Assembly: GCF_000172995.2 (NCBI RefSeq)
Contig: NC_014729.1
Coordinates: 1,770,001 to 1,802,000 of the forward strand
Source: Halogeometricum borinquense DSM 11551
GTDB lineage: Archaea; Halobacteriota; Halobacteria; Halobacteriales; Haloferacaceae
Reading direction: 5' to 3'
Length of the DNA: 32,000 nt
Within the stretch, counting starts at the first letter, position 1. Each line of letters begins with the position of its first letter. The notes below the pieces were generated by a model that ran no database searches, was not told where the DNA came from, and saw only the letters and a list, made by a program, of their open reading frames with translations. Shown here one piece after another: positions 8,245-16,254 of this stretch. The position numbers were made by a program, and so were the translations under genes.

Positions 8245-8895
8245 CTACTCGGTGCGGACGCTGACGGCCAATCCGCTCCCGACGGGCAGTATCGTCGTCT
8301 CGAAATCGGGTGCGGCGCGCACGGCATCGAGGTACGCGGCGATACCGCGCGTAGACGCGGAGGCGTCGTCGGGTATCGGTTCGCCCTCAGAGTAACCGAC
8401 GAGGGTGTCGAAATCGGCCGGGCCGCGGATGACGTTGTCGGCGACGACGACGCCGCCGGGTGCGACTTTCTCACGAACTTCATCGAATCCATCGACGTAG
8501 CGTTCTTTCTGGTGATCGACGAGGACGCAGTCGAATGGCCCGTCGTACTCGGTGACGATAGAGAGCGCGTCGCCGTCGCGGTAGTCGAAGGAGACGGGAT
8601 ATTCGCCGGCAGAAAGCCACTCCCGGGCCATATCGAGCTCATCGGGATCGTGTTCGGTCAGGACGACGCGTCCGCCGGCCATTCCGCGCGCCCACCACGT
8701 CGCTGAGTAGCCGAATCCGGAGCCGAACTCGAAGACGGACTCAGCATCGGTCAGGCGGGCGAGGACGCGGAGTGTGCCGCCCGCAGCGGGCCCGACGACC
8801 GGGAATCCCTCCTCGGCGGCGTAGTCGGCCATCTCCGCCTGTACGTCATCGTGTTCAGGTGCCAGTCCGGACAGGTATCGACTCAAGTCGTCCAT
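8245..8895 (-). CDS. class I SAM-dependent O-methyltransferase (caffeoyl-CoA OMT-like family)
   Basis: [15 protein letters not shown] (SAM motif I), [10 protein letters not shown] and GGVVVADNV are typical of O-methyltransferase family 3. ATG chosen at 8895 (MDDLSRYL...). Confidence 0.85.
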   Translation of the reverse strand: MDDLSRYLSGLAPEHDDVQAEMADYAAEEGFPVVGPAAGGTLRVLARLTDAESVFEFGSGFGYSATWWARGMAGGRVVLTEHDPDELDMAREWLSAGEYPVSFDYRDGDALSIVTEYDGPFDCVLVDHQKERYVDGFDEVREKVAPGGVVVADNVIRGPADFDTLVGYSEGEPIPDDASASTRGIAAYLDAVRAAPDFETTILPVGSGLAVSVRTE

Positions 8896-9017
8896 AGTCG
8901 CTGTTCGAGACGCGGGTATGTCAGCGTACTCCCGTCTGTCAGTCTCGACCTCGGAGTCACGGCGAACGCTCCGTCCAATCCACGCTGTTAAGTCGCCACC
9001 CACCCTCATTTTCGACC

Positions 9018-10694
9018 ATGTTCGACCCCGACGAGTTGGATCAAATCCGCGAGGCGAAGGCGGAGTGGGAGGAGGAGACGCTCTCGCCGACGTTGGAGCG
9101 CTTCGGGGAGCGTGAAGACGAGTTCACGACCGATACGGGCGGGCAGGAGGTTGATCGGCTGTACACGCCCGACGACATCGCTGACCAGAACTACTGCGAA
9201 GACGTCGGCTTCCCGGGCGAGGAACCGTACACGCGCGGCGTCTACCCGACGATGCACCGCGGCCGCCTGTGGACGATGCGACAGTACGCCGGGATGGGGA
9301 CCGCCGCCGAGACGAACGAGCGGTTCAACTACCTCATCGAGAACGGGTCTTCGGGCCTCTCGATGGCGTTCGATCTGCCGACGCAGAAGGGATATGACTC
9401 CGACGCCGCGATGGCGGCGGGCGAAGTCGGCAAGGCGGGCGTTGCCATCGACACGCTGCGAGACATGGAAGTCGTCTTCGACGGCATCCCGTTAGATGAG
9501 GTCTCTACCTCGATGACAATCAACGCTCCCGCGGGGGTTCTGTTGGCGATGTACATCGCCATCGGCGACAAGCAGGGCGTTCCGCGCGAGCAACTCCGCG
9601 GCACCATCCAGAACGACATCCTGAAGGAGTACATCGCGCGCAACCTTTACATCTATCCGCCGGAGTCGTCGATGCGACTCATCACGGACATCTTCGAGTT
9701 CTGCGCAGAGGAGACACCGAACTTCAACACGATCTCCATTTCGGGCTATCACATCCGCGAGGCGGGTTCGACGGCGGCACAGGAAATCGCGTTTACGCTC
9801 GGTGACGGCATCGAGTACGTCCAAGCCGCCCTCGACGCCGGACTCGACGTGGACGACTTCGCCCCCCAGCTCTCCTTTTTCTTCAACGCGCACAACAACA
9901 TCTTCGAGGAAGTGGCGAAGTTCCGCGCCGCCCGCCGCATGTGGGCGAAGATTATGGAGGACCGGTTCGGTGCGGAGAACCCCAAATCGAAGCAGTTGAA
10001 GTTCCACACGCAGACTGGCGGTTCGACGCTCACGGCCCAACAGGTCGAGAACAACGTCGTCCGCGTCGGCTATCAGGCGCTCGCGGCCGTCCTCGGGGGG
10101 ACGCAGAGCCTCCACACGAACGGGAAGGACGAGGCACTCTCGCTTCCGACCGAACAATCTGTTCGGACGGCTCTGCGAACGCAGCAGATCCTCGCCCACG
10201 AGTCGGGTGCCGCAGACACGATCGATCCCCTCGCTGGGAGCTACTACGTCGAGTCGCTCACCGACGAACTCGAAGCAGAAGCGTTCGACATTCTGGACGA
10301 AGTGGACCGCCGCGGCGGGATGCTGGACGCCGTCGAGTCTCAGTGGGTCCAGCGGCAGATTCAGGACGTGGCGTACGAACGCCAACAGGAGATCGAAGAC
10401 GGCGAGCGAATCATCGTCGGCGTCAACGAGTATCAGGTGGACGAAGAACCCGACGCCGACATCGAAGACGTGGACGAAGAGGACGAAAAACGGCAGAAAG
10501 AACGACTGCAAGCGGTGAAAGACGAGCGTGACGACGAGGAAGTCGAGGCCGCACTTGCTGCGATAAAAGATACCGCTCGCAGCGATGCGAACCTCATGCC
10601 GCCTATCGTTGAGGCCGTGAAAGTCTACGCCACCGTCGGCGAAATCTCGAACGCGCTGCGCGATGTGTTCGGAGAATACCGCCCCTCGACCTGA
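9018..10694 (+). CDS. mcmA: methylmalonyl-CoA mutase large (catalytic, substrate-binding) subunit
   Basis: 558 aa. Characteristic [52 protein letters not shown] and [13 protein letters not shown]. There is no B12-binding domain in this ORF, and no small subunit in the window. Confidence 0.95.
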   Translation: MFDPDELDQIREAKAEWEEETLSPTLERFGEREDEFTTDTGGQEVDRLYTPDDIADQNYCEDVGFPGEEPYTRGVYPTMHRGRLWTMRQYAGMGTAAETNERFNYLIENGSSGLSMAFDLPTQKGYDSDAAMAAGEVGKAGVAIDTLRDMEVVFDGIPLDEVSTSMTINAPAGVLLAMYIAIGDKQGVPREQLRGTIQNDILKEYIARNLYIYPPESSMRLITDIFEFCAEETPNFNTISISGYHIREAGSTAAQEIAFTLGDGIEYVQAALDAGLDVDDFAPQLSFFFNAHNNIFEEVAKFRAARRMWAKIMEDRFGAENPKSKQLKFHTQTGGSTLTAQQVENNVVRVGYQALAAVLGGTQSLHTNGKDEALSLPTEQSVRTALRTQQILAHESGAADTIDPLAGSYYVESLTDELEAEAFDILDEVDRRGGMLDAVESQWVQRQIQDVAYERQQEIEDGERIIVGVNEYQVDEEPDADIEDVDEEDEKRQKERLQAVKDERDDEEVEAALAAIKDTARSDANLMPPIVEAVKVYATVGEISNALRDVFGEYRPST

Positions 10695-11045
10695 GGCGGT
10701 TACCGTCGCTCCCGGGCGATGCTGAATGTTCACATGTCTCAGAAAGGTTGATCATCTGACATTCTTTTAGTAGGTGTACGATGCACTGCCGTACCTAACT
10801 GCGCGTACCGTGTTCGGGCCGCCGCCCGTCGTTCCACTATCCAGACGAGAGGCGGTCGGCCCACGGTGCGCCGGCCGTTTCTCTTTCGACGCGGCCACAT
10901 CGCCAGCGAGGCGTCTCCCGCGTCGCCGTCCAGTTCTCGAACAAACGCTTCGTCGTCTCTGCACGTTGCCACACTATCGGTCGTACGGCATCGACCGACG
11001 AACTGTCCGCAGTTGCAGACGAGACGAGTCACACCCGACACACAC

Positions 11046-11363
11046 ATGTCACGCCAACACTCTGACGCACCAGACCGTCACAGCCCGTCCGCACCCCTCA
11101 CAGCCCCTCACACCGAGGCATCTCGCCGCTGCGCGGACCCCTCAACGGCCGTCCAACTCGGCATCGTCGTCGGATTCGTCGCCGCCCTCGTTGTCGCGTC
11201 GTACCCCGCCGCGGTGACCGCTTCGGTGGCCATCGTCACCGCCGTCGGGATGGTGACCACCGCCGTCGGTCGGGCGATAGACCGCGCTGCTGCCCGCGAG
11301 ACGACGGTTCGCGTCCCCGGCGCGGGCGTCGAAGTCACTGTCGCCCACTCGTCCAGCGAGTAA
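11046..11363 (+). CDS. hypothetical small membrane protein (weak call)
   Basis: An internal ATG of ORF 10866-11363 gives 105 aa with two hydrophobic stretches (VQLGIVVGFVAALVVASYPAAV, VAIVTAVGMVTTAV). No homology recognised, and the upstream part of the ORF is Ser/Arg/Pro-rich. Confidence 0.3.
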   Translation: MSRQHSDAPDRHSPSAPLTAPHTEASRRCADPSTAVQLGIVVGFVAALVVASYPAAVTASVAIVTAVGMVTTAVGRAIDRAAARETTVRVPGAGVEVTVAHSSSE

Positions 11364-11427
11364 CCGCACGGTCCCGCAGTCCAGAACAGCCTTTTTAGCC
11401 AGTTGATTATAAAGAGCAAGGAGAATA

Positions 11428-11447
11428 CCCGGGCCTTTAGGCGCGGG
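11428..11447 (+). other. subterminal left-end hairpin of the IS (CCCGGGCC-TTTA-GGCGCGGG)
   Basis: Imperfect palindrome here. The copy at 31552-31571 is perfect (CCCGCGCC-TTTA-GGCGCGGG). IS200/IS605 ends characteristically carry such hairpins. Confidence 0.6.
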
Positions 11448-11560
11448 ATGAATCCGACACTCTGACCGCCAATCCACCGACTACACTCCAACCGGATATT
11501 CAACGTCCGGTCGTTGATTTTAATACTCGTTCTCACATAACATGTTATGAAGACAGTTCG

Positions 11561-12817
11561 ATGCTGGAAACCACCCGCACCTACGTCGCACGCATTACGA
11601 ACCACGAACAGGTTCGTGACGACCTCGACCAGTGCGGGTTCTCCGCATCCAAACTGTGGAACGTCGGTCGCTACTACATCCAACAACGGTGGGACGAAGA
11701 CGACGAGATACCCGGCGAAGCCGAACTCAAATCGGAGTTGAAAGACCACAAACGCTACAGTGACCTTCATTCGCAGTCAAGTCAGCGAGTTCTCGAAGAA
11801 CTTGCTGAGGCGTTCACTGGCTGGTACAACTCCGACGACGGCAACAACCCACCGGGCTACCGGAAACGTGGCGACGACCACCCGCGCTCCACCATCACGT
11901 GGAAGAAACGAGCCATCAAGCACGACGACAAGCACGGTCAACTCCGTCTCTCGAAAGGGTTTAACCTGAAAGAGAGTCGGTCTGACTTCATCCTCGCGGA
12001 GTACGAAACCCGCCCCGACGTAGAAGTCGAGAACATCCAGCAGGTGCGTGCCGTCTGGAACGGCGACGAGTGGGAACTCCACCTCGTCTGTAAGAAAGAG
12101 ATTCCAGTCGAAGACGCACCCGGAAACAACACGGCGGGTATCGACCTCGGTATCAGCAACTACCTCGCCATCGACTACGAAGATGGCGAGAGCGAACTAT
12201 ATCCGGGGAACGTGCTGAAAGAGGACAAGCACTACTTCACCCGCGAGGAGTACCAGACCGAAGGCGAGAACGGCCCGTCGAAACGTGCGCGGAAGGCTCG
12301 ACAGAAACTCTCCCGACGCAAAGACCACTTCCTTCACACCCTCAGCAAACACATCGTTGAGCGGTGTGTGGAAGAAGGCGTGGAGAAGATAGCGGTTGGC
12401 GACCTTAGTGACATCCGAGAGGATGAGAACGGCGATTCGCGGAACTGGGGTGCGTCGGGGAACAAGAAACTCCACGGATGGGAGTTCAACCGCTTCACGA
12501 ATCTGCTCGAATACAAAGCCGAGGAATACGGCATCCTCGTTGACCGTGTGGACGAGGAGAACACGAGCAAGACGTGTTCGTGTTGCGGGAAGATTCGGGA
12601 TAGCAACCGTGTGGAGCGTGGGTTGTACGTCTGTTCGTCGTGCGAGACGACGATGAACGCAGACGTGAACGGTGCGGTGAATATCCGACGAAAGATAACT
12701 CAGAGTCCCCCAACAGGGGATATGAGTAACGGCTGGTTGGCACAGCCCGGAGTCTTCCTGTTCGACCGCGAGAGCGGGTCGTTCAACACGAGAGAACAGG
12801 GAGCCTGCAAACCGTAA
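11561..12817 (+). CDS. tnpB: TnpB (IS1341-type 'transposase', RNA-guided endonuclease family)
   Basis: 418 aa. RuvC-I AGIDLG (D195), zinc finger C339/C342...C358/C361, RuvC-III NADVNGAVNI (D368). The expected RuvC-II 'xEDL' motif reads IAVGDL (G280). Confidence 0.95.
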   Translation: MLETTRTYVARITNHEQVRDDLDQCGFSASKLWNVGRYYIQQRWDEDDEIPGEAELKSELKDHKRYSDLHSQSSQRVLEELAEAFTGWYNSDDGNNPPGYRKRGDDHPRSTITWKKRAIKHDDKHGQLRLSKGFNLKESRSDFILAEYETRPDVEVENIQQVRAVWNGDEWELHLVCKKEIPVEDAPGNNTAGIDLGISNYLAIDYEDGESELYPGNVLKEDKHYFTREEYQTEGENGPSKRARKARQKLSRRKDHFLHTLSKHIVERCVEEGVEKIAVGDLSDIREDENGDSRNWGASGNKKLHGWEFNRFTNLLEYKAEEYGILVDRVDEENTSKTCSCCGKIRDSNRVERGLYVCSSCETTMNADVNGAVNIRRKITQSPPTGDMSNGWLAQPGVFLFDRESGSFNTREQGACKP

Positions 12818-12870
12818 TATCCCAACGCTCGGGATTCCTCCGGCTTCAGTCGGAGGAGGATGTCAATTAA
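12640..12870 (+). ncRNA. predicted omega RNA (reRNA) scaffold overlapping the tnpB 3' end and the right end
   Basis: Inferred by analogy with characterised TnpB systems. Only the two terminal hairpins (ATCCC-AACGCTC-GGGAT at 12819-12835; CCTCCG-GCTTCAGT-CGGAGG at 12837-12856) are directly visible. The 5' limit is a guess. Confidence 0.4.
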
Positions 12871-12924
12871 GCGATGCCCGGAACTCCCGAGCCAGCCCTC
12901 GGTTCGTCCCGCTGGATGACTGAC

Positions 12925-13248
12925 TCAGGTGTCGTCCGGTCGGTTGGACGCTCCATTTCGGCCGCGCACCCACCGGACGATACCCCCGACGAGTACCGCT
13001 TCCACGTAAAGGAAGAGTGTACCCAGCGGATAGAATAGCCACGGCAGGCGGAGGCCGAGTTGGTTGTACGCTACGGTGTCGAAGAAGAACGCGACAGCGA
13101 ACGCGGGAAACAACGGGAAGAACAGTTCACCGGGAGCGACGCGAGCTTCGAACCCTCCCCACATGAGGAGGAGCAGGGCGAAAACTGCGAGCGAGGTGCG
13201 ACTCGTCGCCGCGTGCCGAAGTGTCCCGACGACCCCGGTGTGGGTCAT
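12925..13248 (-). CDS. small membrane protein (about 3 TM), translationally coupled to the upstream YbjQ-family gene
   Basis: An internal ATG (13246-13248) of ORF 12925-13425 gives 107 aa with three hydrophobic helices. The start lies 1 nt from the ybjQ-like stop (13250-13252). Confidence 0.55.
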   Translation of the reverse strand: MTHTGVVGTLRHAATSRTSLAVFALLLLMWGGFEARVAPGELFFPLFPAFAVAFFFDTVAYNQLGLRLPWLFYPLGTLFLYVEAVLVGGIVRWVRGRNGASNRPDDT

Positions 13249-13249
13249 C

Positions 13250-13639
13250 TCACGCGTCGGGACGCCCCGGTGCGTCGGCGTTGTCCGACTTCGTGACCTC
13301 GCCCGCTCCGTCGCTTGTCGTCTCGTCAGCGAGTCGGACGGCCGTCCCGTAGGCGAGAATCTCCGCCGCGCTCTGGGCCACGTCGGAGGTGGTAAAGCGG
13401 ACGTTGACGACGGCGTCTGCGCCAACTGCCTCGGCTTCTTCTTGCATTCGCTTTTCGGCTTCGTCTCGTGCGTCGGTCATGAGGCCGGTGTACGAGTTGA
13501 GTTCGCCGCCGACGAGGTTTCGGAGGCTCTGCGTCACGTCTCTGCCGACGTTGCGCGCACGGACCGTGTTGCCGCGGACGACGCCGAGTACCTCGACGAC
13601 CTCGCGGCCGGGGACCGATTCGGTTGTGGTGGAGAGCAT
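13250..13639 (-). CDS. YbjQ/UPF0145-family protein (putative heavy-metal-binding domain)
   Basis: MLSTTTESVPGREVVEVLGVVRGNTVRARNVGRDVTQSLRNLVGGELNSYTGLMTDARDEA...ADAVVNVRFTT is the YbjQ family pattern. ATG chosen at 13639. Confidence 0.85.
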   Translation of the reverse strand: MLSTTTESVPGREVVEVLGVVRGNTVRARNVGRDVTQSLRNLVGGELNSYTGLMTDARDEAEKRMQEEAEAVGADAVVNVRFTTSDVAQSAAEILAYGTAVRLADETTSDGAGEVTKSDNADAPGRPDA

Positions 13640-13663
13640 GCGTACTGACTGCACAGCCTGCGG

Positions 13664-13670
13664 ATTTATT
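13664..13670. promoter_or_regulatory. shared AT-rich (ATTTATT) box centred between two divergent start codons
   Basis: It lies 25 nt from the ybjQ-like ATG (13639, minus strand) and 26 nt from the mce ATG (13696, plus strand). It is a candidate bidirectional TATA for two leaderless mRNAs. Confidence 0.35.
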
Positions 13671-13695
13671 CGTTCCCCTGACGACCACACGCACG

Positions 13696-14079
13696 ATGGA
13701 GTTCGACCACCTCGGCGTCGCCACCGCCGACGCCACCGGTCTCGCAGCCCTGTTCACCGAACTGTTCGACGCGCCCGTCGCGCACGAAGAGGAGTTCGAT
13801 GGGATGACCGTCCTCTTTCTCGAACTGGAAGACGGGTACTTCGAGTTGCTCGAACCGCACGAGGACGGCGCAATCGGGCGGTATCTGGAGAACAACGGCC
13901 CCGGCATCCATCACGTCGCCCTCCACACCGACGATATCGAGGGCGCACTGGAGACGGCGCGCGGTGCGGGCGTGGAACTCATCGACCACGAACCACGCCC
14001 CGGTGCGTGGGGTCACGACGTGGCGTTTCTCCACCCCAAATCGACGGGCGGCGTGCTCGTCGAGTTCGTCTCGCACTGA
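13696..14079 (+). CDS. mce: methylmalonyl-CoA epimerase (VOC/glyoxalase fold)
   Basis: 127 aa: MEFDHLGVATAD...ELLEP...GPGIHHVALHTDDIEGAL...FLHPKSTGGVLVEFV, with the typical metal ligands H-x-G, H and E. ATG chosen at 13696. Confidence 0.9.
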   Translation: MEFDHLGVATADATGLAALFTELFDAPVAHEEEFDGMTVLFLELEDGYFELLEPHEDGAIGRYLENNGPGIHHVALHTDDIEGALETARGAGVELIDHEPRPGAWGHDVAFLHPKSTGGVLVEFVSH

Positions 14080-14161
14080 GCTATCGTCGCACGGAGTGAT
14101 CCACAGAAACACGTTATTACAGACGAGAAACATTTTATCGCAGACGGCTGAGTTGTCGAAC

Positions 14162-14383
14162 ATGGATCGGAACGAACTCTGTAATCTGCTCACGCTGTTT
14201 CTCGTCTCGGTCGTCGTGGTGAACACGGACTTGGGCGACGTGTTCCCCATGAGTCTCTTCTCGACGCTCGCCTACCTTGTCGCCTTGCTTGTGATGATTC
14301 TCGTCCCCGCGTACCTCTTTGCTGACGGTATTGTGGACATACAAGAGCTGATTCGATCTTCATCCGACGGCTCGCGCGAATGA
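14162..14383 (+). CDS. small membrane protein (2 TM), hypothetical
   Basis: An internal ATG of ORF 13964-14383 gives 73 aa with two hydrophobic helices. TTTTAT at 14133-14138 lies about 26 nt upstream of the ATG. Confidence 0.45.
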   Translation: MDRNELCNLLTLFLVSVVVVNTDLGDVFPMSLFSTLAYLVALLVMILVPAYLFADGIVDIQELIRSSSDGSRE

Positions 14384-14463
14384 GCACCGAATTCTCAAAG
14401 AGCGGCCGAACCGGGTCGCCGAATCACGAAAAGTAGTTTACCCCGCCCCGTGAGGAGGGAACG

Positions 14464-16170
14464 ATGCGCGATTGGCTCTCTCACCGCGCTCGAACGTCGC
14501 CGGACGCGACGGCACTCGTGCGAGCCGTAACTGGTGAGGCGTGGGACTTTACCGAGTTAGACGGGATGGTCGATGAGATGGCGGGCCGACTCGTCGCGCT
14601 CGGGGTCGCGCCGGGGGATCACGTCGGCGTCGTTCTCCAACCGCGCGTGGAGTACGTCACCCTGATCCACGCGGCGATGCGACTCGGCGTGACGCTCGTA
14701 CCGTTGGGCGACCGACTCACTGCGCGGGAACTCGCAGAGCAGATCGAGACGGCGGACGTGACGGTTCTCGTCTGCGGCGCGGAGACAGAAGCCCGCGCTG
14801 TCGAAGCCACCGACGATGTGCCGCTTCTCAGCGTCGAGTCCACGACGACGACGGAGGTGGTGTCTCTCACGTCAGTCCTTCCAGATCCGATACCGCCCGC
14901 TTCGTGGTCGCTTGCGGACGTGCAACTCCTCCTCTTTACGTCGGGGACGACGGGGGAGCCGAAGGCAGTGAAACTCACGATGGGGAATCTCCTCGCCAGC
15001 GCAACCGCCTCCATGTTCCGTCTCGGATTCGATCCCGACGACCGCTGGTTGGTGACGCTCTCGCTACACCACATGGGCGGTATCGCCCCCGTTCTCCGGA
15101 TGCCGCTGTACGGGATGACCGTTGTTCTCCGCGACGAATTTGACGCCGGCGCGGCGGCCGACGACATCGACCGCTACGACGTGACTGCCGTCTCGCTCGT
15201 CCCGACGATGCTCAGGCGGATGCTCGACAGTCGCGGCACCCTCGCGTCGTCGCTCCGGACGGTCCTTCTCGGCGGCGCGCCCGCTCCGCGCGAACTCGTC
15301 GAGCGGTGCCGCGACTACTCTATTCCAGTGTATCCCACGTACGGGATGACCGAGACTTCGTCGCAGGTGGCGACGGCCCGCCCGGACGAGGCGTTCGACC
15401 ACGTCGGTACCGTCGGCCGTCCCTTGTTCTGGACGGACGTGACCGTCGTCAACGAGGACGGCGACCGACTGCCGCCGGGCGAGACGGGTGAGTTCGTCGT
15501 CAGCGGTCCAACAGTCTCGCCGGGGTACTACAACAACCCCGAAGCGACGGCGGCGGCGTTCGACGAACGCGGTCTCCACACGGGCGATGTTGGCTACGTG
15601 GACGAAGGGGGCCGTCTGTACGTCCTCAACCGTGTGGACGACCGTATCGTCACTGGCGGCGAGAACGTGGACCCCGGCGAGGTGGCAGACGTACTTCGTT
15701 CGCACCCGGATGTCCACGACGTGGCTGTCGTCGGTATTCCCGACGCTGAGTGGGGCGAGTGTGTCTCTGCACTCGTTGTCTCCGACACCGACGAACTCGA
15801 CAGATCCGGTCTCCGGGACTTCGCACGGGAACAGTTGGCCGGGTTCAAGATTCCGCGCGTTATCGCGTTCGCAGACGAACTTCCACGGACCGTTTCGGGG
15901 ACCGTCGAACGCGAGGCGGTGCGCGAACAACTTATCGAGCGCCGTGAAGCGGTTGCAGGAGACACCGACGAATCGGATGAGAGAGAGGCGGGAGACGTGG
16001 GGGACGCGGGAAGCGTGAGTGGTGAAGACGACGCGGGAGAGAAAGAAGCCGAAGACGACGAGAAAGTAAACGACGAGAAAGTAGACGAGACGGACGCTGA
16101 AGGCGATTTAGGGACAAACACTGAGGCACGGGCCGACGGCACACAGTCATCTTCCAACACCGATAACTGA
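14464..16170 (+). CDS. AMP-dependent synthetase/ligase (acyl-CoA synthetase, MenE-like) with a roughly 85-aa acidic C-terminal tail
   Basis: AMP-binding motif FTSGTTGEPKAV, plus YGMTET and GDVGYVDEGGRLYVLNRVDDRIVTGGENV. A GGAGG sequence sits 6 nt upstream of the ATG. The tail is rich in D/E. Confidence 0.9.
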   Translation: MRDWLSHRARTSPDATALVRAVTGEAWDFTELDGMVDEMAGRLVALGVAPGDHVGVVLQPRVEYVTLIHAAMRLGVTLVPLGDRLTARELAEQIETADVTVLVCGAETEARAVEATDDVPLLSVESTTTTEVVSLTSVLPDPIPPASWSLADVQLLLFTSGTTGEPKAVKLTMGNLLASATASMFRLGFDPDDRWLVTLSLHHMGGIAPVLRMPLYGMTVVLRDEFDAGAAADDIDRYDVTAVSLVPTMLRRMLDSRGTLASSLRTVLLGGAPAPRELVERCRDYSIPVYPTYGMTETSSQVATARPDEAFDHVGTVGRPLFWTDVTVVNEDGDRLPPGETGEFVVSGPTVSPGYYNNPEATAAAFDERGLHTGDVGYVDEGGRLYVLNRVDDRIVTGGENVDPGEVADVLRSHPDVHDVAVVGIPDAEWGECVSALVVSDTDELDRSGLRDFAREQLAGFKIPRVIAFADELPRTVSGTVEREAVREQLIERREAVAGDTDESDEREAGDVGDAGSVSGEDDAGEKEAEDDEKVNDEKVDETDAEGDLGTNTEARADGTQSSSNTDN

Positions 16171-16254
16171 TAGATTGTTTATTGATACCAACTCATCTGT
16201 GTAGCGCGAACAGTTCACAAACGATAATTACAGTTGAGTTCCTCTGTGGGTGGT

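Larger units (their letters stand above)
11407..12870 (+). mobile_element. IS200/IS605-family, IS1341-type element carrying only tnpB (no tnpA); complete copy
   Basis: Homology with the second copy (31531 onward) begins at TTAT (11407-11410). By my hand count, the 150-nt left end differs from copy 2 at 23 of 150 positions. Left-end hairpin at 11428-11447. Two hairpins lie after the tnpB stop (12819-12835, 12837-12856). The right boundary is approximate because the second copy's right end is outside the window. Confidence 0.8.

Noticed and set aside
8181-8642. N-terminal extension of the NAC ORF (285-aa version)
   Set aside because: The extension is Ser/Pro/Thr/Arg-rich and overlaps the 3' end of the O-methyltransferase gene. 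The canonical archaeal NAC N-terminus [12 protein letters not shown] starts at 8180.
9492-10733. 413-aa ORF on the minus strand
   Set aside because: It lies antisense to the methylmalonyl-CoA mutase gene. It is a shadow ORF with basic, low-complexity composition.
10739-11047. 102-aa minus-strand ORF with a Cys-rich N-terminus
   Set aside because: The C-terminal half is very basic (RRKRNGRRTVGRPP...). It has no motif and competes with two equally poor ORFs on the other strand. The evidence is insufficient to call a gene.
11142-11477. Minus-strand ORFs in both IS left ends that share the peptide SECRIHPAPKG.GILL.LYN (also 31389-31628)
   Set aside because: The similarity follows from nucleotide conservation of the IS left end and its hairpin. 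The ORFs have different starts and lengths in the two copies, and their composition is basic.
15064-15930. 288-aa minus-strand ORF, representative of several others (21164-21853 on -, 22870-23592 on -, 19501-20142 on +, 27419-28372 on +, 30772-31392 on -)
   Set aside because: All lie antisense to genes with clear family motifs, and all have basic, Arg-rich translations that are untypical of a haloarchaeal proteome.
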